Numbered from the stretch's first letter, positions 54,759 to 64,000 are shown. The stretch: 64,000 nucleotides of DNA from Candidatus Eiseniibacteriota bacterium (GCA_031370785.1 JANMQY010000090.1:8915-72914); one strand, 5' to 3'. Program-made: numbers and translations. Notes: generated from the sequence alone by a model not told the origin.

Positions 54759-55600
54759 GCCTCACGTTCCTCAAGATGCACGGCGCCGCGAACGACTTCA
54801 TCGTGATCGACCGTCGTTCGGGGCAGCCCCTCGATGCGCCCGAAGTCCTGGTGCCGCGCCTTTGCGACCGGCGTCGCGGCATCGGAGCCGACGGCGTGCT
54901 GCTGCTGGAGCGCGACCCCGAGCTGGATTTCTCGATGCTCTACTACAACTCGGACGGCAAGACCGCCGAGTTCTGCGGCAACGGCGCTCGCTGCCTGGCC
55001 CGGCTCGCGCTGGACCTGGGATTGGGGCGAGGCGGCGAGGTGCGGTTCCGCACCGCGGCGGGGGTCAAGAGCGCGCGGCGAAGTGCCGATGGCCGTGGGA
55101 TCGAGCTGTCGTTCGGAGCGGTCGAGGCGCCGGCCGAAGCGGTCGAGCTCGAAGCCGCGGAGCGCACCTTCCGTGGGCGCCTGATCCGGGCCGGAGTGCC
55201 GCACTTCGTGGTGGAGGTGGAGCGAGTCGAATGGGTGCCGGTCGCGGAATGGGGCAGTGCGCTCCGCCATCACGCGCGCTTTGCGCCCGCCGGCGCCAAC
55301 GTGGATTTCGTCTCGCACCTCGGGCCCGGCCGAGTTGCGATGCGCACCTACGAGCGCGGCGTGGAAGCCGAGACGCTGGCGTGCGGGAGCGGGGCGATCG
55401 CCTCGGCGCTGTGGGCTGCCGCGCGTGGTGATGCCTCACCGGTCGATGTCCTGACCGCGGGCGGCGACGAGCTGACCGTGCGCTGGCGCAGCGTGGCGCA
55501 GGGATACGACGTGACGCTGATCGGACCGGCTGAGGTGGCGTTCTCGGGCACCTGGCCCGACGTCGTCCCGGCGCCGGTTCTCAAGGGGAGAGGGGCGTAG
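54755..55600 (+). CDS. dapF: Diaminopimelate epimerase
   Basis: FLKMHGAANDFIVID...NSDGKTAEFCGNGARC...ETLACGSGA carries both catalytic Cys motifs. ATG overlaps the lipoprotein stop. Confidence 0.9.
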   Translation: MSLTFLKMHGAANDFIVIDRRSGQPLDAPEVLVPRLCDRRRGIGADGVLLLERDPELDFSMLYYNSDGKTAEFCGNGARCLARLALDLGLGRGGEVRFRTAAGVKSARRSADGRGIELSFGAVEAPAEAVELEAAERTFRGRLIRAGVPHFVVEVERVEWVPVAEWGSALRHHARFAPAGANVDFVSHLGPGRVAMRTYERGVEAETLACGSGAIASALWAAARGDASPVDVLTAGGDELTVRWRSVAQGYDVTLIGPAEVAFSGTWPDVVPAPVLKGRGA

Positions 55601-55603
55601 ATC

Positions 55604-56500
55604 ATGTTCGACGGTCTCTCGGTGGCGATGGTCACCCCGTTCCGCGGCGGGCAGCTGGATCTGGAAGCCACGGCACGCCTGGTGGATTTTCTGATCGAGG
55701 GCGGCACCCAGACCCTGATCGTCTCGGGCTCGACCGGCGAGGCCGCGACCTGCACGGTCGAGGAGCGGCGCACTCTGTGGAAGTTCGTGCGTGACCGGGC
55801 CGCACGACGCGTCCCGGTGGTCGCCGGCACCGGAACCAACTCGACCGCCGACAGCCTCGCGCTCACCGCGCTCGCCGAGGAGCTTGGCCTCGACGGCGTG
55901 ATGCTGGTGACCCCGTACTACAACAAGCCGACGCCCAAAGGCCAGATCGCGCACTTCACCACGGTGGCGAAGGCCACTTCGCTGCCGGTGATCCTCTACA
56001 ACGTCCCGGGGCGCACCGCCACGAACACCCTGCCCGAGACCTTCGCCGAGGTGCAGAACGTGCCGAACATCGTCGCGATCAAGGAGGCCTCGGGCAGCCT
56101 CGATCAGGCGAGTGCGCTGCGGGCCAGGACCCGCTTCACCGTGCTCTCGGGCGACGACTCGCTGACCGTTCCGATGATCGCGGTCGGGGCAACCGGCGTG
56201 ATCTCGGTCGCCGGCAACGTCGCGCCACGCGAGATGCGCGCGCTGTGCGATCACGCCCGCGCCGGGAAGGCGAGCGAAGCCGAGGCACTCCATCGCAGGC
56301 TTCAGCCGCTGTTCAAGGCGTTGTTCCTCGAATCCAACCCGGGCCCGGTCAAGTATCTGCTGTCGGCGATGAAGCTCATGGCGAACGAGCTGCGCCTGCC
56401 GCTGGTGCCGGTCGAGCCGGCCACCGAGAAGGCGATTCTCGCCGCCGCCGCTCAGTCCGGCATCGCGCTCGAGCCGGCCGTCGCGGCCCCGCGCGCGTGA
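55604..56500 (+). CDS. dapA: 4-hydroxy-tetrahydrodipicolinate synthase
   Basis: VAMVTPF...LIVSGSTGEAATCT...VVAGTGTNST...LVTPYYNKP...ILYNVPGRT with the catalytic Lys in IVAIKEASG. Confidence 0.9.
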   Translation: MFDGLSVAMVTPFRGGQLDLEATARLVDFLIEGGTQTLIVSGSTGEAATCTVEERRTLWKFVRDRAARRVPVVAGTGTNSTADSLALTALAEELGLDGVMLVTPYYNKPTPKGQIAHFTTVAKATSLPVILYNVPGRTATNTLPETFAEVQNVPNIVAIKEASGSLDQASALRARTRFTVLSGDDSLTVPMIAVGATGVISVAGNVAPREMRALCDHARAGKASEAEALHRRLQPLFKALFLESNPGPVKYLLSAMKLMANELRLPLVPVEPATEKAILAAAAQSGIALEPAVAAPRA

Positions 56501-57258
56501 TTCCACTCGTCGTGGTCGGCGCCGCCGGGCGAATGGGGCGGGCGGTGGTGCAGGCGGCCCGCGAAACCCAGGGCTTCGAGATCCGCGCCAGGGTGGACCG
56601 CGATGCGAACCAGCCGGAAGTCGGCGGGGTATGGAGTGACGATCCGCGGGCTGTGGTGCGCGCCGGGGATGTGGTCGTCGACTTCAGCAGTCCGGAGTGC
56701 ACCAGGGCTCTGGCCCAGGTCTGCGCCGAGCGGGGCTCCGCGCTGGTGAGCGGCACGACCGGACTTTCGCGCGAGGATGAAGCATCGCTCTCCCAGGCCG
56801 CACAGAAGATCGCCATGCTGCGCTCCGCGAATTTCAGCCTGGGAGTGGCCGCACTTCGTCGCGCGCTCGAAGCCGCGCTGCGTTCGCTGCCCGGCGGCTG
56901 GGACATCGAGATCGTGGAGCGCCATCACCGCCAGAAGGCGGACAGTCCCTCGGGGACTGCGCTCGCGCTGGCCGACATCGCGCTCGCCGCGCGCGGACTC
57001 GAGCGCGGCGCGTTGCGCCACGGGCGCGAGGGCCGGGTCGGAGCGCGACCGGCCGAGGAGATCGGAATGCACGCGGTGCGGGGTGGCAGCTGGGTGGGAG
57101 ATCATGCGGTGCTGCTGGCCGGCACCGGCGAATGGCTCGAGCTGCGCCATGTCGCGCAGGATCGCACCGCGTTCGCGTACGGCGCGCTGGCCGCCGCCAG
57201 GTTCGTGGCCGGAGCCGCGCCCGGTCTCTATACTCTTGACCACGTGCTGGGCGTGTAG
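56497..57258 (+). CDS. dapB: 4-hydroxy-tetrahydrodipicolinate reductase
   Basis: VVGAAGRMGRAVV... and ERHHRQKADSPSGTAL (E-HH-K-DAPSGTA motif). GTG overlaps the dapA stop. The ORF-track start at 56245 is a frame extension. Confidence 0.85.
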   Translation: MIPLVVVGAAGRMGRAVVQAARETQGFEIRARVDRDANQPEVGGVWSDDPRAVVRAGDVVVDFSSPECTRALAQVCAERGSALVSGTTGLSREDEASLSQAAQKIAMLRSANFSLGVAALRRALEAALRSLPGGWDIEIVERHHRQKADSPSGTALALADIALAARGLERGALRHGREGRVGARPAEEIGMHAVRGGSWVGDHAVLLAGTGEWLELRHVAQDRTAFAYGALAAARFVAGAAPGLYTLDHVLGV

Positions 57259-57295
57259 GGCCAACCCGATCCACCTTCTCTTCGACGGAGTTCCC

Positions 57296-60097
57296 ATGCG
57301 CGTCACTCGCCCGGCGCTTGCCATCCTCGTTGTGCTCGTCGCCCTCGGCGGCCCGCTCGGCGCACGCACCGCGCATGCCTTCGGCAAGAACAAGGTGCAG
57401 TACGAGTCGCTCGAGTGGGCGGTGCTCGAGACCCCGCACATGCGGGTCCACTATTACGCCGAGGAGGAGAGCCTCGCGCGCCGGATCACCGCCTATGCGG
57501 AGAGCGTGTGCGTCGAGTACGACGGCCGCTTCCGCATCTCTCCCAAGCATCGCGTGCCGATCCTGCTCTACTCGGCGCACCACCTGTTCCAGCAGACCAA
57601 CGCGACGCCCGAACTTCTGACCGAGGCGACCGGTGGACTGACCGAGCTGATCAAGGGTCGCGTGCTCATCCCGCACAACGGCTCGTGGCATCGGCTGGTG
57701 TGGGTGACGCGTCACGAGCTGACCCACTGGTACATGCTGGAGAAGATCTCCAAGGTGATGCGCGACCACCGCCGCACCCAGGGCTACATGCCGCCGCTGT
57801 GGTTCACCGAGGGGCTCGCCGAATACTGCGGCACGGTGTGGGACGCGGAGGCCGAGGGGCTGCTGCAGGACGCGATGCTCTCCAGCGTGGCGCTCCCGAT
57901 CACGCGCAGCGAGCCGATCTGGGGCTCGGTGCTGATGTACAAGGAGGGCCAGTCGTTCCTGCTCGAGCTGGCGAGGCGCTACGGCGATCACGTGATCTTC
58001 GACATGCTCGACAACTGGTACCGCGCCGACGACTTCGAAACCGTGTTCCGCATCACGCTCGGACTGAAGCTCAAGGACGTGGACGATGAATGGTTCAATG
58101 GCCTCCGCCGGCGCTACTTCCCGGTGGTCGCGGTGGGGAAGAGGGCGGAGGACGTCGGCCAGCGCCTGACCCCTCACGGACGTTTCAACCTCGGCCCGCG
58201 CGTGATCGCGTCCTCCGACAGCGCGGACACCACGCTCCAGTTCTGCTATTTCCGCGCCGGGGAAAGCGGCATCAGCCTGGTGATCCGCGAGCGGCGCCGC
58301 AACGGTCGCTGGCGCGAGCGCAAGCTTCTGCGCGGCGGCCAGTCGCCGGCCTACGAGTCGTTCCACCTGTTCCAGAACCGTCCTGACGCTTCGGCGAGCG
58401 GCACCATCGTGTTGTCCTCGAAGCGCGGTGGAAGGGATGCGCTGTACCTGGTCGATGCGCGGCGTGGCCGCGTCCTGCGGCGGCTGGGCTTCCCGAACCT
58501 GGTGGCGATCCACGATCCGAGCCTCGTGCCCGGCGACAGCGCGGTGGTGTTCACCGGCCAGGACTATGGTGGACGGCAGGACCTGTATCGCGCGCGCTGG
58601 CCCGGCGGGCACCTGCACCTCGACCGCCTGACCGACGACGACTTCGACGATCTCGAGCCCGACGTTTCGCCGGATGGGCGCTACGTGGTGTTCGCTTCGG
58701 ACCGCTGCCAGCGCGGCGGCGACTACTCGCTGTACCGTCTGTCGCTCGACGGCGGCATTCCCGAGGCGGTGAGCGATCCGGACAGTGGGGACGACCGCCA
58801 GCCGGTCTACTCGCGCGACGGCAGGTGGATCGCGTTCCGCTCGACGCGCAACGGCACGAGCGACCTCTACGTGCGACCCGCCGCCCCCTCGCGCGAGGCA
58901 AGGCGCGTGACCCACCTGCTTGGGCCTGCGACCGATCCCGACTGGCTGCCCGGGGGCCGTGGGCTCGTGTTCACCGCCGAGAGCGGGATCACGTTCCAGA
59001 CCTATCGGATCGGATTCGATCCCGACTCGCTCGCCGCCGAGCCCGAGCATGGCGCGCCGCGCGTGCCGATGATCGCCGACGAGGTGTACACGGGCGAATC
59101 GCAGCGCTACGCGCGACGGTTGAGCCTCGACCTGGTGCAGAACGCGGTCGGGGTGGATCCCGGGCTCGGTGCGGTCGGCGGCGGACAGATCGCGCTCAGC
59201 GACGTGCTCGGCAACGAGCAGTACTACCTGTTCCTGACCAACGACGCGGATCGCTTCGGCGGCAACTTCTGGGACGGATTCGCGGGCGGCGTCACCTACC
59301 TCAATCAGGCGCACCGTCTCAACTACGGCGCCGGCCTGTTCCGGCTGACTCAGGTGTACGACGCCGATCTGGACGAGGTGCGGCGTGAGCGCCGGGTCGG
59401 AGCGCTGCTACTGGCCAGCTATCCCTTCAGCAAGTTCACGCGGGTCGAGGCCTCGGTGCTGGCGCGCCATGCCAAGGATCACCTGCTGCGCAACTTCGAC
59501 GTGCAGGACGTCGACCTGGTGAGCAACTTCCTGAGCCTGGTCTACGACAACGTGGGCTGGACCCACCTGGGCCCGGCCTCGGGCGTGCGCGCATTCGCAT
59601 CGGCTGGCGTGACCCGCGACCTCACCTCGGGGGCGGGAGATTTCGGAACCCTGATCGGCGAAGCGCGCCACTACTTCGCACCATTCGCGGGAATCGTGGT
59701 GGCCTCGCGCGCGCAGGGTCAGTCGAGCCTCGGGCGCGACGCGCAGCGCTTCTATCTGGGCGGACGATTCTCGCTGCGCGGTTACGACCGCCGTGCAGTC
59801 GCGGGCACGCAGACCGTGCTGGTGCAGGAAGAAGTGCGCTTTCCGCTGGTGCGCGGACTGGTGATGGCGCTCCCGGCGCCGTGGCTGTTCCCGACCATTC
59901 AGGGCGCGGCGTTCACCGACATCGCGTGGGTGTGGGAGCAGGGCTACTACGATCGTCTGGCCAGCGTGGGAGCCGGGGTCTACGTGCTCGGCGGTTACTA
60001 CCCGGCGCTGCGCTGGAATTTCGTGTGGCCCACCCGGGACTTCCGCAGCTTCCCGCGTCGGCCCCGCACCCAGGTGTCGATCGGCTTCAACTTCTGA
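57296..60097 (+). CDS. Outer-membrane protein fusion: N-terminal HExxH peptidase-like domain + PD40/TolB-like beta-propeller + C-terminal Omp85 (Bac_surface_Ag) beta-barrel
   Basis: Signal peptide (ALAILVVLVALGGPLGARTAHA). Residues about 30-270 carry VTRHELTHWYM (HExxH). The middle has PD40-type repeats (DVSPDGRYVVFASDR; PVYSRDGRWIAFRSTRNGTSDLY; PDWLPGGRGLVFTAESG). The C-terminal roughly 330 aa are a beta-barrel with FYLGGRFSLRGYD and terminal ...QVSIGFNF. GGAG RBS. The ORF-track start at 56777 overlaps dapB and is an extension. Confidence 0.75.
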   Translation: MRVTRPALAILVVLVALGGPLGARTAHAFGKNKVQYESLEWAVLETPHMRVHYYAEEESLARRITAYAESVCVEYDGRFRISPKHRVPILLYSAHHLFQQTNATPELLTEATGGLTELIKGRVLIPHNGSWHRLVWVTRHELTHWYMLEKISKVMRDHRRTQGYMPPLWFTEGLAEYCGTVWDAEAEGLLQDAMLSSVALPITRSEPIWGSVLMYKEGQSFLLELARRYGDHVIFDMLDNWYRADDFETVFRITLGLKLKDVDDEWFNGLRRRYFPVVAVGKRAEDVGQRLTPHGRFNLGPRVIASSDSADTTLQFCYFRAGESGISLVIRERRRNGRWRERKLLRGGQSPAYESFHLFQNRPDASASGTIVLSSKRGGRDALYLVDARRGRVLRRLGFPNLVAIHDPSLVPGDSAVVFTGQDYGGRQDLYRARWPGGHLHLDRLTDDDFDDLEPDVSPDGRYVVFASDRCQRGGDYSLYRLSLDGGIPEAVSDPDSGDDRQPVYSRDGRWIAFRSTRNGTSDLYVRPAAPSREARRVTHLLGPATDPDWLPGGRGLVFTAESGITFQTYRIGFDPDSLAAEPEHGAPRVPMIADEVYTGESQRYARRLSLDLVQNAVGVDPGLGAVGGGQIALSDVLGNEQYYLFLTNDADRFGGNFWDGFAGGVTYLNQAHRLNYGAGLFRLTQVYDADLDEVRRERRVGALLLASYPFSKFTRVEASVLARHAKDHLLRNFDVQDVDLVSNFLSLVYDNVGWTHLGPASGVRAFASAGVTRDLTSGAGDFGTLIGEARHYFAPFAGIVVASRAQGQSSLGRDAQRFYLGGRFSLRGYDRRAVAGTQTVLVQEEVRFPLVRGLVMALPAPWLFPTIQGAAFTDIAWVWEQGYYDRLASVGAGVYVLGGYYPALRWNFVWPTRDFRSFPRRPRTQVSIGFNF

Positions 60098-60127
60098 TTC
60101 CCTGAGCGGCCTCGCCTGAGGCCTGCC

Positions 60128-61381
60128 TCAGGGCACTCCGAGCGAGATGCCGTCCGGAGTCTCGAGGCCGCCGAGGTGGGTGAGGATGAGGCCGGCGGAT
60201 GAGAGCCGGTACACCGAGCCATTGCCCGGCGCGGTGACCCAGGCTTCCCCGGTCGGAAGATCCACGTCGATCTCGCGCGCCTCGGGAATTCCGGAGATCC
60301 TGAATTCGACGGTGCCATCGCGGCGCAGTGCAACCACCTGATTCCCGAACGCGTCCGCCACCCAGATGCGGCCGCGACGCCAGTCGATCGCGATCCCGAT
60401 CGGACCCGACAGACCGCCGATCGTGTCCACGGCAGCGAGCGCGTTCGAGATCTCGACTACCTGGCCACGCTGGAACGAGGTGACCCACACATGGTGGGTC
60501 ACCGAGTCCACCGCCAGACGCGACGGCGCATCGACCGCGACCGCGCCGGCGAACACGCCGGTCTGCGAATAGGCGCCGATGCGATTGTCGCCGCGCTCGC
60601 ATACCCACAGCGCGTACGACCCCGCGTCACGCGCGACGTCGAGCGGGGCGTTGATCGGGATGATCTGGGGTGGAGTGCCGAAGCCGCCCGAGGGATCGAA
60701 GTGGCGAAGCGCGTTCAGGCCCTGGTCGCACACCCATGCGGTGCGATTGCTGGGATCGACGAGCAGTCCGGTCGGACTCGAAACCGCGCTGAAGGGGAGC
60801 AGATCGCGGGAAACCGGGTCGTAGAGCAGCACTTGTTGCCCGAGCTCATCCGACACCCACACCGAGCCGCTTCCATTGTCTGCCGCGACCGAGGTCGGCC
60901 CCTCGAAGCGCGAATCTTCGAGCGCGACGCGCCGGCCGTCGGCGGTGACACGGATCAGCGAATGGCGCGTTCCGTCCGCCACCCATGGGCGTTGCGGACC
61001 GGGGGTCGCGATGTCTTCGGCGGGGCGAGGGCCGAGGCCCTCGCTGAACACGAAGTACAGCCGGTAGCGATAGTCGACGCCGTTGCTCAGGCCGAAATCG
61101 TTGAGACCGGTCGAAGAAGGCAGGAGGAGGCCGCTGAGCGGAGTGAACGTGCTCTCGCTCCCGGCCTGACGAAACACCTGGAAGCCCTGCACGCTGTTTC
61201 CGCTCGCCGCGCTCCAGCGCAGCTCGACCGTGGAATTTCCCGCCAGCGCTACGAACCCGGCCGGCCGGCCGCCAGTGGTCGGGTTGTCCGGATCGAATGG
61301 ATTGATCCGCGTGCGCTTCGAGCAGCCTGCTGCGCCGGCGAGCGCGAGCAGCGCGATCAGAAGCGCCAGGAAACGGCGCAT
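60128..61381 (-). CDS. Lipoprotein with FN3-like domain and NHL/YVTN-type beta-propeller repeats
   Basis: Lipobox LALAGAAGC, FN3-like segment (VELRWSAASGNSVQGFQVFRQ), and repeated ...VWVSD/VWVCD/VWVTS/IWVAD blades typical of NHL propellers. Confidence 0.65.
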   Translation of the reverse strand: MRRFLALLIALLALAGAAGCSKRTRINPFDPDNPTTGGRPAGFVALAGNSTVELRWSAASGNSVQGFQVFRQAGSESTFTPLSGLLLPSSTGLNDFGLSNGVDYRYRLYFVFSEGLGPRPAEDIATPGPQRPWVADGTRHSLIRVTADGRRVALEDSRFEGPTSVAADNGSGSVWVSDELGQQVLLYDPVSRDLLPFSAVSSPTGLLVDPSNRTAWVCDQGLNALRHFDPSGGFGTPPQIIPINAPLDVARDAGSYALWVCERGDNRIGAYSQTGVFAGAVAVDAPSRLAVDSVTHHVWVTSFQRGQVVEISNALAAVDTIGGLSGPIGIAIDWRRGRIWVADAFGNQVVALRRDGTVEFRISGIPEAREIDVDLPTGEAWVTAPGNGSVYRLSSAGLILTHLGGLETPDGISLGVP

Positions 61382-61785
61382 CGCGTGATTCCGGCGGTGA
61401 GGACGACGTGGGAGGGAACGGGGCGGCGCAGGAAACGCAGATAGACTCCGGCCGCGAGCAGTGCCTCGCCGCCCAGCAGGGAAGCGTTGGACCAGCGGTC
61501 GAGGCGGACGGTCCGGTCGTAGAGGGTTCCGATACGCGCCACGTCGGTCTCGGTGCGATACAACTGGTACTCCCGATCCGCCCGCCGCTCAAACTCGTAC
61601 GAGGCCCCGATCAGCGCAGCGCCCGCGATCAGGGTCGCGTAGGCCAGACCATGCGACGGATTCGTCTCGGGCTGCAGGCGCACCTCCGGAAATGCCGCGA
61701 CCGCCTGCGCGGGAGCGCAGACGGCCGTATCGAGGCAGGCGAAGCTCTGCAGGGCCGCGAGCAGCACGGCTAGCGTGCACTTCAT
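61357..61785 (-). CDS. Small secreted hypothetical protein
   Basis: 142 aa with a signal peptide (MKCTLAVLLAALQSFAC). It overlaps the downstream lipoprotein start by 25 nt. No family recognised; coding status is uncertain. Confidence 0.35.
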   Translation of the reverse strand: MKCTLAVLLAALQSFACLDTAVCAPAQAVAAFPEVRLQPETNPSHGLAYATLIAGAALIGASYEFERRADREYQLYRTETDVARIGTLYDRTVRLDRWSNASLLGGEALLAAGVYLRFLRRPVPSHVVLTAGITRCAVSWRF

Positions 61786-61798
61786 GTGTTGCGAGCGC

Positions 61799-62056
61799 TC
61801 AGGCCGGAAGCTTGGCCGCGAACTTCGCGAGCCGCGCCTTGTGCCGGCTGGCGGTCTCCTTCTTGATGATGCCCTTGGCCACCGTGCGGTCGAGGATGGT
61901 CATGGCGTTGCGGTAGGCCGTGGCGCCCTGGGTGTGGCTGGTGGCCTCGCGAACGGCCTTGACGGCGGAGCGCATGCGCGAGCGCGCGGCGATGTTGCGC
62001 TGACGCGATTTCTCGTTGGTGATGACGCGCTTGGCCGCGGACTTGTGATGCGGCAT
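61799..62056 (-). CDS. rpsT: 30S ribosomal protein S20
   Basis: MPHHKSAAKRVITNEKSRQRNIAARSRMRSAVK... is an unmistakable S20. AGGAGG RBS (cctcct on the plus strand at 62066-62071). Confidence 0.9.
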   Translation of the reverse strand: MPHHKSAAKRVITNEKSRQRNIAARSRMRSAVKAVREATSHTQGATAYRNAMTILDRTVAKGIIKKETASRHKARLAKFAAKLPA

Positions 62057-62282
62057 GAAGAAACCTCCTTAGGGAGTGCTCAACTCGAAAAAGCCCGGTG
62101 ACGATACCGGCGCGCGCGCGGGAGTGTCAAGCCTTGGGCGAGCACCGAGTTTTCACGCGGTGACTTCTCGCGGGAGCCTCGAAGCCTTCCACCTGGCGCC
62201 GGAACTGCGGTTGTCGCGGTCACGGGTCCGGGTGTAGTGTCTCCACCCTCACGCATTCTCAGACTACCGTGTGGAGGCTCCG

Positions 62283-64000
62283 GTGGGTGCACTGGCCGAA
62301 AAAGTGCTGAATCTCCCTGCTCTTCCAGGGGTTTATCTGTTCAAGGACCCCGCGGGCCAGGTGCTGTACGTCGGCAAGGCGCGAAGCCTCGCCCAGCGCG
62401 TGCGGAGCTACGTCAGCGGAGAGAGCGCCGAGCCCCGGCTGGTCGAGCTGATGGAGAAGGCGGTCGACCTCGACACCATTCTCACCGATACCGAGGCCGA
62501 GGCCCTGCTGCTCGAGGCTACGCTCATCCGGCAGCACCGTCCGCATTACAACGTGCTGCTCAAGGACGACAAGAGCTTCCCGTACGTGAAGATCAGCGTG
62601 CAGGAGGAATTCCCGCGCCTCTCGGTCACGCGCCGGGTGCTCAACGACGGAGCACGCTACCTCGGTCCATTCACCGACGTGCGCAACCTCAGGCGCATGC
62701 TGCGCGAGATCCGCCGCATTTTCCCGGTTCGCACCTGCCGCAATTTCGAGGACTATCAGCGAACCAACCGCCCGTGCCTCTACTTCCACATCAAGCGCTG
62801 CGCCGGGCCGTGCACCACGCGCTCGCGGCTGGCCCCGGGTGAGTACCGGGGCATCGTCGATGGCCTGATTCAGTTCCTGACCGGCCGGGATGCCGAGCTG
62901 ATCGGACGGCTGCAGGCGGGAATGGCCGAGGCCGCGACCGAGCGCCGCTACGAAGAGGCGGCGCGCATGCGCGACCAGATCGCGCTGCTGCGCGACATGC
63001 GCCGCCCGCAGGTCGTCGTGGATGGCCCGGCCGAGGTCGACGTGCTCGGCCTCGCCCGGCACGGCCGGCGCGCGGGAGTCGCGGTGTTGATGCTTCGCGA
63101 CGGGCGGGTGGTGGGGAAGGAGACGCGCCTGCTCGAGCACGGCGCCTCCCTCGGCGATGCCGCGCTGCTCGAGGTGTTCCTCACCCAGCACTACCTGGGC
63201 ACCGCGCCGGTTCCGCGCCGCATCGCAGCAGTCGCCGAGCCGGAGAGCGCGGATGCGCTGCGCGAAGCGCTCGCGAAGCGCGCCGGGCATCGCGTCGAGC
63301 TGGTCGTTCCGCAGCGCGGGCGCGAGCGGCGCCTGCTCGCGACCGCCGAGCGCAACGCCGCGCTCGCGCTCGAAGACCTCGAGGCGCGCGCCAGTGGGCG
63401 CCGCGCCCGCTTCTCCCCGGAAGTGATCGAGCTGCAGAAGGCACTCGCTCTGGCGGTGCCACCGTGGCGCATGGTGTGCTTCGACGTCTCGAACCTGGGC
63501 GCGGACAGCGCGGTCGCCGCGGTCGTCGCCAGCGAGAACGGACGCGCGCGGCGCGGCCTCTACCGGCGCATGCGCATGCGCCGGCCCGGGCCCGACGATT
63601 TCGCGATGATGGGCGAAGCGGTCGAGCGCTACTGGACCCACGTCGAATCGGGCGAGATCCCTCGTCCGGATCTGGTGGTGATCGATGGCGGGATCGGTCA
63701 GCTGGGCGCGGCGCGCGCCGCGCTCGACCGGGTGGCGACGCGGCCTATCGCGCTGGTCGCGTTGGCCAAGCGCGAAGAGACCGTGGTTCGCGAAGGCGGA
63801 CCGCCGCTGGTGCTGCCTCGGCGCAGCGAAGCGCTGCGCTCGCTGCAGCGGCTGCGCGACGAGGCGCACCGCTTCGGGCTCACCTATCACCGCAAGCTGC
63901 GCGGGCGTCGCCGCATCGCGAGCGAGCTCGACGCGGTGGCCGGCGTGGGCGCTTCGCGCCGCGCGGCACTGCTCAAGGCGTTCGGCTCGGTGGCCGCGCT
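62283..64000 (+). CDS. uvrC: Excinuclease ABC subunit C (5' partial; runs off window end)
   Basis: Absent from the ORF track because the window ends before any stop. GIY-YIG (LPALPGVYLFKDPAGQVLYVGKARSLAQRVRSY...YNVLLKDDKSFPY), UvrB-interacting region, and the RNase H-like/endonuclease V region follow. GGAGG lies 5 nt before GTG 62283. Confidence 0.85.
   Translation, partial: MGALAEKVLNLPALPGVYLFKDPAGQVLYVGKARSLAQRVRSYVSGESAEPRLVELMEKAVDLDTILTDTEAEALLLEATLIRQHRPHYNVLLKDDKSFPYVKISVQEEFPRLSVTRRVLNDGARYLGPFTDVRNLRRMLREIRRIFPVRTCRNFEDYQRTNRPCLYFHIKRCAGPCTTRSRLAPGEYRGIVDGLIQFLTGRDAELIGRLQAGMAEAATERRYEEAARMRDQIALLRDMRRPQVVVDGPAEVDVLGLARHGRRAGVAVLMLRDGRVVGKETRLLEHGASLGDAALLEVFLTQHYLGTAPVPRRIAAVAEPESADALREALAKRAGHRVELVVPQRGRERRLLATAERNAALALEDLEARASGRRARFSPEVIELQKALALAVPPWRMVCFDVSNLGADSAVAAVVASENGRARRGLYRRMRMRRPGPDDFAMMGEAVERYWTHVESGEIPRPDLVVIDGGIGQLGAARAALDRVATRPIALVALAKREETVVREGGPPLVLPRRSEALRSLQRLRDEAHRFGLTYHRKLRGRRRIASELDAVAGVGASRRAALLKAFGSVAA

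Noticed and set aside
56834-59314. 826-aa minus-strand ORF antisense to dapB and the Omp85 fusion
   Set aside because: Antisense artefact. The sense frames contain DapB motifs, PD40 repeats and an Omp85 barrel.
62259-63890. 543-aa minus-strand ORF antisense to uvrC
   Set aside because: The plus-strand frame is an unmistakable UvrC (GIY-YIG etc.). The plus frame is missing from the track only because it has no stop before the window end.

Overview
This 64-kb window looks like chromosomal core DNA from a very GC-rich bacterium. Third codon positions are almost always G or C, which is why the six-frame track is full of long antisense and alternate-frame ORFs; I treat those as artefacts. I support about 55 features: 51 CDS, a YceI-like pseudogene fragment, two tRNAs (Leu-CAA on the minus strand, Ala-GGC on the plus strand), two rho-independent terminators and one in-frame tandem repeat. 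I found no transposase, phage genes or CRISPR array. Many neighbouring genes share 4-bp ATGA/GTGA stop-start overlaps, which indicates long translationally coupled operons.

Recognisable blocks, in order:
- A compact heme operon: hemB-hemL-hemE-hemN-hemY, then a divergent ferrochelatase-like gene and doxX.
- A tRNA-Leu locus flanked by a lower-GC stretch that carries a YceI-like remnant.
- A PMT/ArnT-like membrane glycosyltransferase with a TPR tail.
- cstA followed by a cysteine-less TlpA-like redoxin.
- A signalling module: an HD-GYP (GYK variant) phosphodiesterase coupled to an orphan GspE/PilB/MshE-type ATPase with an MshEN-like N-domain, divergent from a GAF-GAF-PP2C phosphatase.
- A housekeeping run: trpS, scpAB, an rluB with a roughly 380-aa Arg/Gly/Pro-rich tail carrying 3 in-frame 63-bp repeats, a PorV-like outer-membrane barrel, tandem glgC paralogs, and mltD.
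- A roughly 950-aa protein with a pseudo-PP2C-like N-domain, a transmembrane helix and PEGA repeats, followed by comEC, purN, a HAD hydrolase, purC, purH, guaA and slt.
- cspA, secA, smg and topA.
- xerC, a lipoprotein, then dapF-dapA-dapB.
- A 933-aa fusion of an HExxH peptidase-like domain, a PD40 propeller and an Omp85 barrel, then an NHL/FN3 lipoprotein, rpsT and a partial uvrC.

The best candidates for undescribed biology are the HD-GYP/MshEN-ATPase/GAF-PP2C module, the peptidase-propeller-Omp85 fusion, the pseudo-PP2C-TM-PEGA giant protein beside comEC, and the repeat-tailed RluB. All calls rest on motifs I recognise in the translations; I could run no searches.
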